A stretch of 64,000 nt of DNA, taken from contig CBDEFM010000002.1 in the NCBI GenBank assembly GCA_965237415.1, positions 2,720,001-2,784,000 of the forward strand. The letters run 5' to 3'. Position 1 is the first letter of the stretch, and each line of letters starts with the position of its first letter. A program made the position numbers and the translations under genes. Positions 62,349 to 64,000 of this stretch are shown one piece after another. This DNA is from Alphaproteobacteria bacterium. Its GTDB lineage: Bacteria > Pseudomonadota > Alphaproteobacteria > UBA828. The notes under the pieces were generated by a model. It saw only the letters and a program-made list of their open reading frames with translations. It was not told the origin of the DNA and ran no database searches.

Positions 62349-64000
62349 ATGGCAGCACGCCGCTCGCCCCCGCCGAAACGGCCCCGCGCGCAAGCGAAAC
62401 GCTCTTCGACCCGCGCAAAAGCAAAGCCCGGCGGCACGAAAGCGAAGTCAGGCGGCGCAAAGCCGAAGACCGCCGCCACGAAAGGGAAGTCCGGCGGCAC
62501 CAAGCCGAGGACGGGAGGCAAGAAGCCGCGCACGCCCGCGCGGCCTCCGCGGCCACGGAGGCGCGTCTGGCGCATCGCCAAGTGGTGCGCGGTCTTCGTC
62601 CTCTGGCTCGTGGTGCTGGGCGCCGGATTCGTCGGCTATTACGGGCACGACCTGCCCGATACCGAGCACCTCACGGGCCCTGAGACGCCGCTTGCCATCA
62701 CGGTGTTGGCGGCGGACGGCTCCGAGGTCGCCACCGTGGGCGAGATGTGGGGCGAGCTGATCCCGGCTGAGGAGATGGCGCCGGTGCTGCTCCAGGCCGT
62801 TCTCGCGATCGAGGACCGGCGCTTCTTCACCCACGGCGGGATCGACGCCTTCGGCGTGATCCGCGCAGCGTGGCAGAACGCTGTCGAGGGCCGCGTGGTC
62901 GCCGGCGGCAGCACGATCTCCCAACAGGTCGCGAAGCTCGTGTTCCTCTCGCCCGAGCGCAGCGTCAAGCGCAAGATTCAGGAGGCGATGCTCGCCTTCT
63001 GGCTGGAGCGGGAGTTCACCAAGCAAGAAATCCTCACGATCTACCTCAACCGCGCCTACTTCGGTGCCGGTGCCTACGGCGTCGACGCTGCGGCGCGGCG
63101 CTACTTCGGCCGCTCGGCGCGCGATCTCGATGTGGCGCAAGCCGCCATGATCGCGGGCCTGCTCAAGGCGCCGTCGCGCTACAGCCCGGCCAACGACCTC
63201 AAGCTCGCGCGGAAGCGCGCCGGTGTCGTTGTCGATGCGATGGTCGATGCGGACTTCCTCACGGAGTCCGAGGGCAAGGCGGCGAAGGCGCGCGTGGAGA
63301 TCCTCTCCGTCACCCCGCAGAGCGGCCCGCCGGCGGGGTACTTCGTCGATTGGGTGCGTGGGCAGGTGCCGGGCTACGTCGGGCGCGACCACGGGGCGCT
63401 CCGCGTCTTCACCTCTCTTGATCCTGCGCGCCAGCGGGCGGCGCAGGCGGCGCTCACCGAAGCCCTCGCCGCAGCAGGCAAGAGCCGCAAGATCGGGCAG
63501 GGCGCCCTCGTCGCGCTGGATGAGAACGGCGCCGTGCGCGCCATGGTCGGCGGGCGCGACTATTCCAAGAGCGTGTTCAACCGGGCGACGCAGGCGCGGC
63601 GGCAGCCAGGCTCGGCCTTCAAGACGGTGGTCTATCTCGCCGCCATCGAGGCGGGGCTTCAGCCTGACGACACGATCGAGGACGCGCCCATCACCGTCGC
63701 CGGATGGTCGCCCCGCAACTATGACGGTGAGTATCGGGGGCCGGTGACGGTGCGCGAGGGCTTTGCCCGCTCGATCAACAGCGTGGCCGTGCGTGTGGGC
63801 TTACGTGCGGGCGTGAATCGGGTGCACGAGACGGCGCGACGGCTCGGGATCGAGAGCACGCTCCCCGCCGATGCGAGCATCGCGCTCGGCACCGGCGAGG
63901 TCACCTTGCTTGAGCTGACCTCGGCCTACGTGGCGCTCGCCAACGGGGGTGCGCGCGCGCTGCCCCACGGCATCGTCGAGATCCGCAATCGCGCGGGAGA
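62349..64000 (+). CDS. Class A penicillin-binding protein (PBP1A family), truncated by the window end
   Basis: Read manually from ATG 62349 (absent from the ORF track because it has no stop): Lys-rich N-terminus, TM helix, EDRRF..HGG, GGSTISQQ, RKIQE, YLN, RQPGSAFK (SxxK). Confidence 0.93.
   Translation, partial: MAARRSPPPKRPRAQAKRSSTRAKAKPGGTKAKSGGAKPKTAATKGKSGGTKPRTGGKKPRTPARPPRPRRRVWRIAKWCAVFVLWLVVLGAGFVGYYGHDLPDTEHLTGPETPLAITVLAADGSEVATVGEMWGELIPAEEMAPVLLQAVLAIEDRRFFTHGGIDAFGVIRAAWQNAVEGRVVAGGSTISQQVAKLVFLSPERSVKRKIQEAMLAFWLEREFTKQEILTIYLNRAYFGAGAYGVDAAARRYFGRSARDLDVAQAAMIAGLLKAPSRYSPANDLKLARKRAGVVVDAMVDADFLTESEGKAAKARVEILSVTPQSGPPAGYFVDWVRGQVPGYVGRDHGALRVFTSLDPARQRAAQAALTEALAAAGKSRKIGQGALVALDENGAVRAMVGGRDYSKSVFNRATQARRQPGSAFKTVVYLAAIEAGLQPDDTIEDAPITVAGWSPRNYDGEYRGPVTVREGFARSINSVAVRVGLRAGVNRVHETARRLGIESTLPADASIALGTGEVTLLELTSAYVALANGGARALPHGIVEIRNRAG

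Overview
A GC-rich alphaproteobacterial (Rhodospirillales-like, judged from gene order) chromosomal window that is mostly core genes. These include lysC-rodZ-hisS-prfA-prmC, ubiG, comF, tsaC, cysQ, moaA, valine catabolism, xseA, dapB, hisC/tyrC, metXW, a PHA-related block, ubiEB, mutM, rpsT, dnaA-dnaN-recF-gyrB and a truncated class A PBP. The standout is an accessory locus at about 14.5-18.1 kb with four genes: (1) a 73-aa exported peptide ending in 12 Cys in C-x-x (CNP/CAA) repeats; (2) a His-motif DUF6969-like protein; (3) an exported FGE/SUMF1-fold protein with an unusual CxxC; and (4) an exported protein with about 64 Cys in the same CNP-type repeats fused to a cytochrome P460-type heme c domain. 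Together they look like an uncharacterised periplasmic metal/thiol-handling or Cys-modification system. Other points of interest: two copies of a structured miniature inverted-repeat element with compensatory base changes; a third miniature element carrying two NrdR-box-like motifs; a 2OG-Fe(II) oxygenase frameshifted in a G7 tract; an F420-dependent gene pair; an unknown Cys/His protein coupled to a glutamine synthetase-like enzyme; a 188-nt dual-coding overlap at a PhaC-like gene; and apparent absence of ispG, ptsP, grxC, gloB, phaA and phaR from their usual positions. I saw no rRNA, tRNA or CRISPR array. All family assignments come from motif recognition by eye, not database searches.
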